Source: an uncultured bacterium (GTDB taxonomy: Bacteria; Zixibacteria; MSB-5A5; JAABVY01; JAHJOQ01). Taken from it: DNA of 45,098 nt. Location: assembly GCA_965369655.1 (NCBI GenBank), contig CBDUQR010000023.1, positions 1 through 45,098 of the forward strand. Reading direction: 5' to 3'. Under the pieces are notes generated by a model that saw only the letters and a program-made list of their open reading frames with translations, was not told the origin of the DNA and ran no database searches. Positions 1 to 9,120 of this stretch are shown here, in pieces. The position numbers and the translations under genes were made by a program. How positions within the stretch are numbered: position 1 is the first letter of the stretch; the number at the start of each line of letters is the position of its first letter.

Positions 1-233
1 AGTGGGCAATCAATAAGATCTTGTAATTCGCTATTGGTGAGCATCAGTTGCTTAGAGATTTGCGAAAATATGCTTGTAGGAATTGTTTTCCCACTGTGAC
101 TTATCTTGGTTTTGACCCCAACCTCCTTATCATCAACAACCAAGGCAAAAAAAATGTGATGTCCAGACCTGTCTTCTTCAAAACCCTTCTTCTTGAGAGC
201 CTTTTGTAATAACCTGACAGGCGTTACTTTCAA
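1..233 (-). CDS. HicA-like small toxin (runs off the window edge; not in the ORF track)
   Basis: Manual translation from TTG at 233, overlapping the upstream TGA as TTGA: MKVTPVRLLQKALKKKGFEEDRSGHHIFFALVVDDKEVGVKTKISHSGKTIPTSIFSQISKQLMLTNSELQDLIDCP... The L..KGF...GHH.F...T.ISH...I.KQ pattern resembles HicA-fold proteins. Confidence 0.6.
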   Translation of the reverse strand, partial: MKVTPVRLLQKALKKKGFEEDRSGHHIFFALVVDDKEVGVKTKISHSGKTIPTSIFSQISKQLMLTNSELQDLIDCP

Positions 234-679
234 TCAAAGTTCTCAACTTTCCGGACAATCTTTTTTATATGATTTTTGAGAACTTGAGCGTGACGATGTA
301 GTTGTTCATCTTTTTTTTGCGCATATCTATGCCAGATGAATGCTAAGTATTCCTTGAAGGCAAGTTCTGTTTCCTCTTCTGAGAACTCACAAGCAATAAT
401 ATCAAGGTATTTGTATTCGATGACGAAAATATCATCACTTCTGTCGATTCTCAGACTTAGCGGTTCTTTCAAGTAGAATTTGCAGCCATCAACAATGAAA
501 TCGCTGAGAATGAAAGTATATCCAGAGATATAATTATCCCAAGTTGAAACACGATTATCCTTGCCACCTGCGGTAGACTGAGGTTTCGCCCAATTTGCTT
601 TCTGGTCAGCTAGAGGAGGCGAATAATCGGAGTAGTAGGGGTGGGTTGGGATTCCATGTGCATCCATTTGCTCACGCAT
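230..679 (-). CDS. Putative HicB-like antitoxin
   Basis: C-terminal half (LSLRIDRSDDIFVIEYKYLDIIACEFSEEETELAFKEYLAFIW..Y) resembles the partial RNase H fold of HicB N-domains. Translationally coupled to the HicA-like ORF. Confidence 0.5.
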   Translation of the reverse strand: MREQMDAHGIPTHPYYSDYSPPLADQKANWAKPQSTAGGKDNRVSTWDNYISGYTFILSDFIVDGCKFYLKEPLSLRIDRSDDIFVIEYKYLDIIACEFSEEETELAFKEYLAFIWHRYAQKKDEQLHRHAQVLKNHIKKIVRKVENFD

Positions 680-685
680 CAGACC

Positions 686-1006
686 TCAATCCTTCTCATC
701 TTCAGATTCAAACTTTATGTAGCCAAGCTCAACAGCTTTGTTGAGTTGGTCTGCGATCAAATCCTTGAAGGCAAATGCTACATTGAGAGGCATCAGGATC
801 TCTTTGACGATCTGGAATTGACCGGTTTCAGGATGCATTTGGCCAAAACTGATAAATAAGCCCATGCTACCGATCCGAACCTTTGCCCAGTCAGACCAAC
901 TAAATTCCTCCACACCTGTCAGTGGATAACTATAGCCTTGTGCTGGTTTCTTGGAACTATCCTTCTTAGTTTTCTTTGAAGAAGTCTTCGTTTTCTTTGG
1001 TGGCAT
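686..1006 (-). CDS. DUF3467-like protein
   Basis: WSDWAKVRIGSMGLFISFGQMHP...VKEILMPLNVAFAFKDLIADQL...GYI matches the general DUF3467 pattern. GGGAG RBS upstream; 6-bp gap to the next gene. Confidence 0.5.
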   Translation of the reverse strand: MPPKKTKTSSKKTKKDSSKKPAQGYSYPLTGVEEFSWSDWAKVRIGSMGLFISFGQMHPETGQFQIVKEILMPLNVAFAFKDLIADQLNKAVELGYIKFESEDEKD

Positions 1007-1185
1007 AGATTCTCCCAGCTATAATTATTACTAAGATAGAGCATTGGCAGATCGAAAGCAACCTCTTACTGTATCGTCATGCCATTACTGCACTTTAACA
1101 TCAGGCTCCGCAGATAGCCAGTAACCCATGATCGTTCGTTGATTCAGTCGCCGGCAGGCCTCCTGGCATGCCACCCTTCTAAGTC

Positions 1186-1214
1186 GAGATTGCCATGCTC
1201 TGCTCGCAATGATA
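1186..1214 (+). repeat. Degenerate REP-like palindromic unit (GAGATTGCCA...CTCGCAATGA type)
   Basis: gagattgccatgctctgctcgcaatgata resembles the reverse complement of the GTCATCGCGAG...GGCGATCT unit at 6046-6079. Confidence 0.45.
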
Positions 1215-1283
1215 ACTCCTGAAGCACTTTTTTCTGGAACCATCCTCTTGCTTTACGTACTGTAATAGAAGCAGGGATGAAAT

Positions 1284-2690
1284 ATGATTGAGCGGGATAT
1301 TCTTACACAACTGATCTCCATCATGATGGATGGAGGCGCTGACTACTGCGATGTTTATGCCGAGGAATCGGCGTACAATGGCGTGACATCGGATGACCGC
1401 AAACTCAACACATCACGGTCCTCGCAGTCGGGTGTCGGGCTGAGAATCATCAAGCATCACAATACATTCTATACAGTCTGTCAGGATACATCATCGGAGA
1501 ATCTCATCGCCGCCGCAAAGCATCTCGTTTCGGGTATCGGCACGGCGCCGGTTTCGCCGCGAGAGCCAGTCGTGTTGGAATATGGACAGAAATCTGATCC
1601 GATGTCTGAGGGCAATGATGATCCGGAAGCAGTCGATATCAAACTCAAGTTCGATACGATGCACGAAGCCCAGGATAAGGCATGGAGTTATTCTGATGAA
1701 GTGCATCAGGTGACTGCCAGATACTCAGATTTCTATCGGGAAATTACTATCGCAACATCGGATACAGATCGAATCATACGACAGAAACTCGGTCTGGTCG
1801 AATTCCTGATCGCTGTCTATGTCGGGAACGGATCGGACCGTCAGATGGGATGGGCAGGCAAGTCATTCTACAAAGGATTCGATGCGCTGACCGGCGAGAA
1901 CTCCCCGGTCGCACTTGCCGAGACAGCGTGCAGGCAGGCGCATATCATGCTGGAAGCGGATGACTGCCCGCGCGGAGAAGTGCCCGTCGTATTTGCGCCC
2001 GGCGAAAACGGTATCCTGTTCCACGAATCATGCGGGCACGGCATGGAGGCTGATCTCGTCGAGAAGGGAAGCGCATTCGCATCCATGATGGGAGAATCTG
2101 TTGCTTCAGAGAAAGTGACTATCCACGACAGCGGGCTTCTGCCGGGATATCCGGGATCATACGCGTATGACGATGAGGGAGTCGCTGCGCAGGATACGGT
2201 GCTCGTCGAGAACGGTCGCTTGAAGAATTTCCTCCACAGCCGCACGACCGCAGCAAGACTCGGAGCGAGTCCGACGGGTTCCGGACGACGACAGAATTTC
2301 AAATTTCCGCCGCTCCCGCGAATGAGGAATACATACATATCCGCTGGTCAGGACGATCCTGAAGAGATCATTCGCTCGACGAAGAAGGGCATCTACGCCG
2401 CCGATGTTGGGTTCGGAGGGCAGGTCGACGTCGTGACCGGAAGATTCATCACGAGTATTGTGCTCGGTTATCTGATCGAAAACGGCAGGCTGACGAGACC
2501 TGTCAAAGGAGCGACGATCACAGGCATAGGGATTGATGCGCTCAGGAATATCGACATGGTCGGCAACGACCTCGTCATCAATCATTCACCCGGCAGATGC
2601 GGCAAAGGACAGGAAGTGCCCGTAGGCGTCGGCATGCCTACGGTTCGGGTCAGGAAACTGACTGTCGGCGGAACAGGAAGCGCTTTTTGA
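1284..2690 (+). CDS. tldD: TldD family metalloprotease
   Basis: HESCGHGMEAD (HExxxH), YDDEG, PRMRNTYI and C-terminal CGKGQ.VPVG.G.PT motifs; 468 aa. Confidence 0.93.
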   Translation: MIERDILTQLISIMMDGGADYCDVYAEESAYNGVTSDDRKLNTSRSSQSGVGLRIIKHHNTFYTVCQDTSSENLIAAAKHLVSGIGTAPVSPREPVVLEYGQKSDPMSEGNDDPEAVDIKLKFDTMHEAQDKAWSYSDEVHQVTARYSDFYREITIATSDTDRIIRQKLGLVEFLIAVYVGNGSDRQMGWAGKSFYKGFDALTGENSPVALAETACRQAHIMLEADDCPRGEVPVVFAPGENGILFHESCGHGMEADLVEKGSAFASMMGESVASEKVTIHDSGLLPGYPGSYAYDDEGVAAQDTVLVENGRLKNFLHSRTTAARLGASPTGSGRRQNFKFPPLPRMRNTYISAGQDDPEEIIRSTKKGIYAADVGFGGQVDVVTGRFITSIVLGYLIENGRLTRPVKGATITGIGIDALRNIDMVGNDLVINHSPGRCGKGQEVPVGVGMPTVRVRKLTVGGTGSAF

Positions 2691-2691
2691 T

Positions 2692-4047
2692 ATGTTCGAT
2701 TCCAAATTCGCAGAGAAACTGATAGACGCGGCTCTCTCGCTGGGAGCCAAGGGCGCAGAGGTCTACTGCTGCAGATCGACGGAAACCGAGATTATGGTTT
2801 CCAACGGTCAGGCCGACATCGTCACGGTCAAATCCGACAATGGGTTCGCTGTTCGGCTTGTGAAGAATCAGCGCGTGGCATTCGGATCGTCGAATCAGTC
2901 CAATGAAAAGAACGCTATCGAGCTTGTGGCTGAACTGGCGAAGAGATGTGCGCTGCATTCGCCGGACGAAAACAATGTCATTCCGAAACCGGCGCGCGCG
3001 CCCGATTCTGCCATCGAGGAACCATTTGATCCGACACTCGCGACTCGTCCGCTATCTGCCAAGATCGAGATGGCACTCGATGTAGAACATGCTGCGATTG
3101 CATACGATCGGCGCATCACAGGTTTTATGTGGCTGCAATATGGCGATTCAGTTCAGGAGACAGCGATCTACAACAGCAACGGAATCTGCTGCGAATCGAC
3201 AGGCTCTGTCGCGACGGTATTCGCGTATGCAATCGCCGAAGACGGCGAAGCCGTGCAAACCGGACTGAATGTAGAAAGCTCCGGCTACTTTGACAGGCTC
3301 TCCGCGAAATCGATCGGAGAGACAGCCGCTGAATATGCCATCAGAATGCTGGGGGCGTCATCTGCCGAGACTGGTGAATACAGGATTGTGCTTCCGCCTG
3401 AGACATCATCGGCGTTTCTCCGGGCTCTGTCCGATATGCTCTCTGCGGATCGTGTACAGAAGGGCAAGTCGCCATTTCGGGACAAGTTGGGCGAGTTGGT
3501 CGCGTCAAATCTTATCACTGTGGTCGATGACGGCGTATTCCCGGGAGGCTTGGCTACGAGTCCGCATGACTCCGAAGGGATGCCATCACAGACGACAACA
3601 CTGATCGATAAGGGAGAGTTGAAGACATTCCTCTATGATTCATATTGCGCAAAAAAGGGAGGGACATCTTCTACGGGAAACGCTTCCCGCGCGAGCTATC
3701 ACTCTCAACCGGTAATTGCTCCGACAAATTTCTATCTGAAGCCTGGAGAACAGACGCGCGAGAGCATACTCAAATCGGTCTCGAACGGGCTGTATATTAC
3801 CGATCTCTCGGGACTGCACGCCGCAATAAATCCGACAACGGCGGATTTCTCAGTACCGGCCAAAGCCATTGTTGTCAAAGGCGGAGAGCTTTCGTACCCT
3901 GTCGACAATATCACGCTGTCGGGAAATCTGTTGGAACTTTTCCGAAATATTGATAGTATTGCTGATGATTTGGTGTGGGTAGCGGCCAACGGTATGATCG
4001 GCGCACCCACGATATCCATCGATAAGGTCAAAGTAACGGGAACCTGA
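2692..4047 (+). CDS. pmbA: PmbA/TldE family protein
   Basis: Directly follows tldD; DSEG.P, L.TFLYD, STGNASR, G.L.YPV.NITLSGNL motifs; no HExxxH. Confidence 0.9.
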   Translation: MFDSKFAEKLIDAALSLGAKGAEVYCCRSTETEIMVSNGQADIVTVKSDNGFAVRLVKNQRVAFGSSNQSNEKNAIELVAELAKRCALHSPDENNVIPKPARAPDSAIEEPFDPTLATRPLSAKIEMALDVEHAAIAYDRRITGFMWLQYGDSVQETAIYNSNGICCESTGSVATVFAYAIAEDGEAVQTGLNVESSGYFDRLSAKSIGETAAEYAIRMLGASSAETGEYRIVLPPETSSAFLRALSDMLSADRVQKGKSPFRDKLGELVASNLITVVDDGVFPGGLATSPHDSEGMPSQTTTLIDKGELKTFLYDSYCAKKGGTSSTGNASRASYHSQPVIAPTNFYLKPGEQTRESILKSVSNGLYITDLSGLHAAINPTTADFSVPAKAIVVKGGELSYPVDNITLSGNLLELFRNIDSIADDLVWVAANGMIGAPTISIDKVKVTGT

Positions 4048-4064
4048 GACCCGGGATTGCAGTA

Positions 4065-4853
4065 GTGGAAACGAAGCCAGATTCGACAGCCAAACATACC
4101 GGTGACAGAAAGCTCGGCGACGAGTGGCTCGACTGGGACGGCACAGTTGGCAGCACCAGTCCTGTCAGGCGAGGCATATTTGTCGGCATAGCTTCCCTTG
4201 CGGTCGGCGTGGTCATCGCTGTCGCATTTGTAGTACTGTGGTTGATTGAACCGAGGCTTCTAAGCATTAATCCAATCCTGTACAGCGTCGCCAGATGGTT
4301 AGTTTATCTTTTCTCCGGAGTCGTGGTTTTCTGGCTGCTTTTCTTTCTCCTCTCGGCGATGGCCGGCACATCAGTACTGGGGGGGCTGCTGATAGTTCCG
4401 CACCCAGTCAACTGGCTGCTAGCGATCGCGCTGAAGATCGGTAGTATTCTCGGCATATCCAAAGACAGGTTGTTCAACTCGTTTCTTAAAGTTCACAATA
4501 TCCTCCTGCCGTTCAGAAAAGTCTATTCTCCGGACGAACTTCTCGTGCTTTTGCCGCGATGTCTCACGAAGGATACTTTTGTGTACCTGCGGGAACTTCG
4601 CGACAAATTCAAGTTCAACATGACTACCGTCGGTGGTGGTCAGGAAGCTCGCAAGAAGATTCAGGAACTCAAACCGAAAGCGATCGTCGCGATTGCATGC
4701 GAGAGAGATCTCTTAAGCGGCTTTGTCGAGGTCAATCCACAGGTACCGGTGATGGGATTGCCGAACATAAGACCCGAAGGTCCCTGCAAGAATACTGAGA
4801 TCGACAGAGAAGAATTCCTAACTCTGATCAAGAAATTGTTGGCCGCGAACTAA
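4065..4853 (+). CDS. DUF116 domain membrane protein
   Basis: N-terminal TM helices, then LLVLLPRCL, GG..AR, AIVAIACERDL.SG and RPEGPCKNT motifs. Confidence 0.85.
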   Translation: METKPDSTAKHTGDRKLGDEWLDWDGTVGSTSPVRRGIFVGIASLAVGVVIAVAFVVLWLIEPRLLSINPILYSVARWLVYLFSGVVVFWLLFFLLSAMAGTSVLGGLLIVPHPVNWLLAIALKIGSILGISKDRLFNSFLKVHNILLPFRKVYSPDELLVLLPRCLTKDTFVYLRELRDKFKFNMTTVGGGQEARKKIQELKPKAIVAIACERDLLSGFVEVNPQVPVMGLPNIRPEGPCKNTEIDREEFLTLIKKLLAAN

Positions 4854-5958
4854 TCCGGTCGCAGGCTATCTGATTCAGCCGCCAGGCGAGTCTGGTCAGC
4901 GACAATCGCGGAGAGACATTTCGATAGAACAGCTTCCTCGTTTCGAGCAATTCCGACATCGCCAAATGAACAGCGCGTTCGGATCCGATGCTCGATGCAA
5001 TCTTCCGCAGCTCAGATTCGTAATCGTCGTTGAAAGCGTACGATTCTGACAAGTCGAGCTTGAAGATCATCACGTCACGGAGCAGGCTAGTCCATATCTG
5101 AATGTACTCCAGAGCTTCATCGCGATTGCGAAGATTGATGCCATCTGTCAGGGCCGAGAATGCCTCAGCCTTACCGCCCGCAGTGAAAACACCGAGCAGG
5201 TTCACCGCAATCTCCCTCTTCTGCTGGATATTGCTTCCAAAAAGACGAAACGCCTCGCTGAAACTGCCGCCCGAAAGCCGGGCGAACTGCTCTGCCTGCT
5301 CCCGTTGAACACCCTTTGCATCGGTGAGATATTCCCGGATTGACGATTCTGGAACAGGAAGGAAACGTACTCGCTGGCACCGCGAGATGACTGTCGCCGG
5401 AAGGCGGTTCACATTGCTCGTCGTCAGGATCAGAACTGTTTCTGGCGGAGGCTCCTCGATCGTTTTGAGCATGATGTCAAAGCTTGTATCCGGCATCCGT
5501 TCAACTTGATGGAAGATCGCCACCCTGTAGCCACCCTCGGCCGGCGTCGTATAGAGCGTCCTCTTGACCGCGCGAACATTGTCCAGGAGAATATTGGCGA
5601 CGCGGCCATATTCGACCGGCGAATGCGGGTCATCGATCTTGGCCTGCCTGAAGAACTGAGGGAATTCGGCTTCCTCCGACTTGTTCTTCGGCGAAGGCAT
5701 TGGAAAGAGAAGGTGAAGATCGGGGTGGATCAGTTTCCTCACCCTTGCGGCGCACGTATTTGATTCAGATTCTGACCGACAGGTGTGGCAGAGTATTATG
5801 GCGGCGAACTCCACCGCAGTGAGCCATTTGCCGTACCCATCATCTCCGGTGAAAAGATAGGCGGAGTGCAACCGGCCCGATCTGAGAGCATTCGTCAGCA
5901 GCCTGACGACTGCCGGTTGAAACGTGATGTCAATTTTGTACGATAATTCTCTGTCCAT
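4828..5958 (-). CDS. holB: DNA polymerase III delta-prime subunit
   Basis: RLHSAYLFTG..GYGK, HPDL, LKTIEEPP, LPATVISRCQ motifs. Confidence 0.9.
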   Translation of the reverse strand: MDRELSYKIDITFQPAVVRLLTNALRSGRLHSAYLFTGDDGYGKWLTAVEFAAIILCHTCRSESESNTCAARVRKLIHPDLHLLFPMPSPKNKSEEAEFPQFFRQAKIDDPHSPVEYGRVANILLDNVRAVKRTLYTTPAEGGYRVAIFHQVERMPDTSFDIMLKTIEEPPPETVLILTTSNVNRLPATVISRCQRVRFLPVPESSIREYLTDAKGVQREQAEQFARLSGGSFSEAFRLFGSNIQQKREIAVNLLGVFTAGGKAEAFSALTDGINLRNRDEALEYIQIWTSLLRDVMIFKLDLSESYAFNDDYESELRKIASSIGSERAVHLAMSELLETRKLFYRNVSPRLSLTRLAWRLNQIACDRISSRPTIS

Positions 5959-6045
5959 CAGTCTGGATCATACTCCCAAACGAGTATTTTGTCAATGATG
6001 TCGTACACATAGATCTCACCCCAGGGGGATGAGCCACCGGCCGTC

Positions 6046-6079
6046 GTCATCGCGAGGAGCGACAGAGACGTGGCGATCT
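6046..6079 (+). repeat. REP-like unit GTCATCGCGAGGAGCG..GACGTGGCGATCT
   Basis: Its reverse complement matches 35211-35236 at 24 of 26 positions (counted by hand). Confidence 0.65.
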
Positions 6080-6111
6080 TCTGCAAGCTGTTTCCAGACA
6101 TTACTTCCATT

Positions 6112-6160
6112 TTCCGGCAGTTCCCGCGCCAGCCTTCGGCGGATGCAAGAACAGCCGGAA
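6112..6160. repeat. Palindromic repeat TTCCGGCAGTTC...GAACAGCCGGAA
   Basis: Terminal inverted arms. The reverse complement matches the unit at 11751-11789 apart from the central loop. Confidence 0.6.
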
Positions 6161-6214
6161 CGGGTGTATTTTTCCTTTGATTTTCAGTTCGGACAAGTTA
6201 ATATGCATTTATAG

Positions 6215-6421
6215 GTGTTTGGGCGTAATGGTGTAAGTTCCGAAGGGTTTTGGACCGATGCCAGAATACCGATCGATAGCGAAATTAACTTGTTGGGACA
6301 GGAATGTGGCAAGGAACGGGAGTACCGTGTCATCGCCTTCAACAAAGCCGGTGACCTGTCTGCGCGCGGTTACGCACAGGCAGGAGGCCAACCCAGCAAC
6401 ACCGTCATGGCGGTGCTGTAG
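6215..6421 (+). pseudogene. C-terminal remnant of a fibronectin type III-like protein carrying a 30-bp in-frame palindromic insertion
   Basis: GQECGKEREYRVIAFNKAG[DLSARGYAQA]GGQPSNTVMAVL. EYRV.A.N.AG...S is the FN3 C-terminal signature. No credible N-terminus. Confidence 0.55.
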
Positions 6422-6513
6422 GCTGGTTCACAGCGGTGATCTACCCGCACATACTAAACGTGTTGTGATGGAATAATATAAGCTCATAGCTCTGTGACAG
6501 AAGGGATCACAAT

Positions 6514-7005
6514 ATGGATGAATCACCTGACTACGGCGCGAGAACCAAAACAAAGGAATATCGGGAAGTAGACTATTCACCAACTATGAAACCGCCTATA
6601 AGGTTCCAGGCCTTGGAGGAGTCTTGGGGGTTCCCGCTTACTGATTTGGTATCAACACTGGGACAAAGTTCCAACAAAGACGCCAACTTTCTCATCCTTC
6701 TGTCTAAAACGACTTCTCGCTCTCACGAAATAGAAAAAGAGAACACCCGCCTCAATGAACAACTGAAGCAGAGGAATAGATTGTTGGAGTATATATCGCG
6801 AACCAAGGCTATTGTCGGAATTCTTTCTCCCCTCGGTGCGATCTTGATAGGTCTTGTCATATTCATTTGGTCATCGTATTCGGATTCGGCCAGGACAACA
6901 TCCATAAACGTGACATGCGGATTGCTGGCCTTAATCGGGATGTTGATGAATATCTTACCCATATTCGTTATAGATAGATTCAAGATTAAGGAGAACGAAA
7001 AATGA
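6514..7005 (+). CDS. Hypothetical protein, coiled coil plus two C-terminal TM helices
   Basis: ORF with AAGGG RBS; hydrophobic segments AIVGILSPLGAILIGLVIFIW and INVTCGLLALIGMLMNILPIFVI; visibly AT-richer than flanks. Confidence 0.65.
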   Translation: MDESPDYGARTKTKEYREVDYSPTMKPPIRFQALEESWGFPLTDLVSTLGQSSNKDANFLILLSKTTSRSHEIEKENTRLNEQLKQRNRLLEYISRTKAIVGILSPLGAILIGLVIFIWSSYSDSARTTSINVTCGLLALIGMLMNILPIFVIDRFKIKENEK

Positions 7006-7763
7006 ATGACCTTAAGGCGCAAGTTACAAGAGTTCGAGTCAAATATGTTTCGTCATTACCGACCGAAAACATCCTTAAGTTCTTGAAGGAAATGTCATCT
7101 GCTATTCCAGAGATGAAGTATCCTGATCATGATGAAGAAAAGAAGAGATTCAAGGTAACAACAAATAGGGGTAGCGATTGGAAATCGGAAGTCCATGCTA
7201 TTGCGAGTGAGGCTACCATAGAGATTGCCTGGGGACCAGAAGTTGATAATGACACAGCTCTCCAGCACGTCAAAACCTTCGGCGATACGGTTGCAAACCT
7301 CTTTGATGAGTTTTTGATAAAGGCCTTTGACTGCAATATCAAAGTCGATACCAAATGCAAGATCAATCCATATTTACTGTTTGAAGGCAGCTTCTACAAC
7401 AGCAATCTTCTGTCGCAACTTAAGACAGCTTGCAAAAACGTATACGGATCGGAACTCAAGACATATGACAATGACGTCAATCTTATTTATGGAATCGGTA
7501 ATTCTCTTGTATTAGCCATCAACCTTTATGGTACCGCCACTCATGACGAAGTGCAGAAAGCTGAATATAGCGAAGACACCGAAATACAGGTTTCAGCCGG
7601 CTTATTAGAAACTGATCCGAAGAGTTCCGATACGTCACTGGCATCCCGCTTAGTTGACCATACCAAAACCGCTCTTGCACTATTTGATCAAGGGGTATTC
7701 CCGTACACATTGAAGCATATAAGAGAAAATGTGGATTCGACAAAGGGATCTAACATACAGTGA
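7002..7763 (+). CDS. Hypothetical protein
   Basis: 253-aa ORF with ATGA overlap and AAGGAG RBS; no family recognised. Confidence 0.7.
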   Translation: MNDLKAQVTRVRVKYVSSLPTENILKFLKEMSSAIPEMKYPDHDEEKKRFKVTTNRGSDWKSEVHAIASEATIEIAWGPEVDNDTALQHVKTFGDTVANLFDEFLIKAFDCNIKVDTKCKINPYLLFEGSFYNSNLLSQLKTACKNVYGSELKTYDNDVNLIYGIGNSLVLAINLYGTATHDEVQKAEYSEDTEIQVSAGLLETDPKSSDTSLASRLVDHTKTALALFDQGVFPYTLKHIRENVDSTKGSNIQ

Positions 7764-7986
7764 ACTCGCTACGTAGGTTTACTGCCGTTGATTCCTGTCG
7801 CTGAGAAGTTATATGTTGAATGGCAGCATTTCGGTCATCGGAACCGGCATCCCAAGTCACAAACTCGAAGTCCCGTCGCGTCTGGGACAGCACGCTTTCG
7901 GCAGGTGGGCCACCGCCTGCGGTGGGGTTGTTGAATACAGAATGAACCCTTAGTCCCCATCCCAATTGGTGAGCTACTGGAGAGAA

Positions 7987-9120
7987 TCACTGCCTCAGCC
8001 ATTCCACTGGGTCGAATTGCTCTTTCCTGTGCCGTATCTGAAAGTGAAGCGTCGGTCCCCGGTCAGGATCATTGGTCCCGATATGCCCGATCCCTTCTCC
8101 TGTGCCGACCATTTCGCCAAGCTCCCGGGAAAAGCCTGCGAGATGTCCATACAGCGTGTACCAGCCGTCGCCATGGTCCAGGATCATGACATTGCCGTAT
8201 CCTTTAAGATAGCCCCGGTGAAAGACGACGCCGTCGTATACCGCTCGGACTTCATCTCCTACTTTACTTCTTATATCTATGCCCGGCACGAAGATGTCGG
8301 TCTGTGTTTTCGTGTCCCGGTGGATTCCGAAACTCCGGACTATTTCGCCGCCGACAGGATACCGCAGTCGTCCTTTCTGTGCTTCAAACAGCGAACCGCC
8401 TGCCCTCTCGAATTGAGGTTCGAAAAGCGAATCGGTCGACGCGATATCCAGCGTCAGTTGGCGCATGTGCTCACGGTACAGCGCCTCTTCCTCTCTGATT
8501 CTGTCCATCAACTTGTCTCTTCTCCTGAACTCAGATTTCAGCAGACTCTCTTCGAGATTCTTTTCTTCGCAGGCTTCGCTGAACTGTTGCCGAGTATCGT
8601 CAAGCGCATTCAGGCTCTGTTCGTGCACCGCCATCAGGCTGTCGGTCCTGATGAGAAGCGTCTCCAGTGATCCGAGCGATCGCCGCGTATACAGCGACTG
8701 CATTCCCGCCTCCACTATATCGGATGACGAAAGGAACGCGCCTGTCGGGCGACGTCGTTTCAGATAGTAATTGCGAAGACTCAGAGCAAGTCTCATTCTT
8801 TGACGAACAAGAGTGAAATCGAGACGGCTCGATTCCGCTTCGAGATATGTAGCCTGTCTTTCCAGTCGCCTCAGCTTCAGGTTCAGCCTTGACAGCAACT
8901 GTGACGTCAATTCGAGTTGATCCTCGACACTGTTCAACTGTTCGAGTTCGGTCTTTTTGGTATGCGAGAGTGAATCGAATTCATTGCGCTCATCTTTAAG
9001 TTGCTCTCTCAATCGTTCGATCATGCGCGAATCATTGCTGTCAGAGTGCATCTGAGCGATGACCACTCCCAGAACCGCGACAAGCAACGCAGTTGAAAGC
9101 CATGCGAGTCGGCATTTCAC
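7987..9120 (-). CDS. envC: EnvC-like murein hydrolase activator (coiled coil + degenerate M23 domain)
   Basis: GTG at 9120 overlaps the ftsX stop (GTGA). Signal/TM segment, long coiled coil, KGRL.YPV.G, GIDI, GYGNVMILDHG, LHFQIR...DP..WL; downstream of ftsEX. Confidence 0.82.
   Translation of the reverse strand: MKCRLAWLSTALLVAVLGVVIAQMHSDSNDSRMIERLREQLKDERNEFDSLSHTKKTELEQLNSVEDQLELTSQLLSRLNLKLRRLERQATYLEAESSRLDFTLVRQRMRLALSLRNYYLKRRRPTGAFLSSSDIVEAGMQSLYTRRSLGSLETLLIRTDSLMAVHEQSLNALDDTRQQFSEACEEKNLEESLLKSEFRRRDKLMDRIREEEALYREHMRQLTLDIASTDSLFEPQFERAGGSLFEAQKGRLRYPVGGEIVRSFGIHRDTKTQTDIFVPGIDIRSKVGDEVRAVYDGVVFHRGYLKGYGNVMILDHGDGWYTLYGHLAGFSRELGEMVGTGEGIGHIGTNDPDRGPTLHFQIRHRKEQFDPVEWLRQ

Noticed and set aside
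7747-7815. Integron attC site after the AT-rich gene pair (ATCTAAC...GTTATAT)
   Set aside because: R boxes pair imperfectly, no convincing L boxes, no second attC and no integrase.
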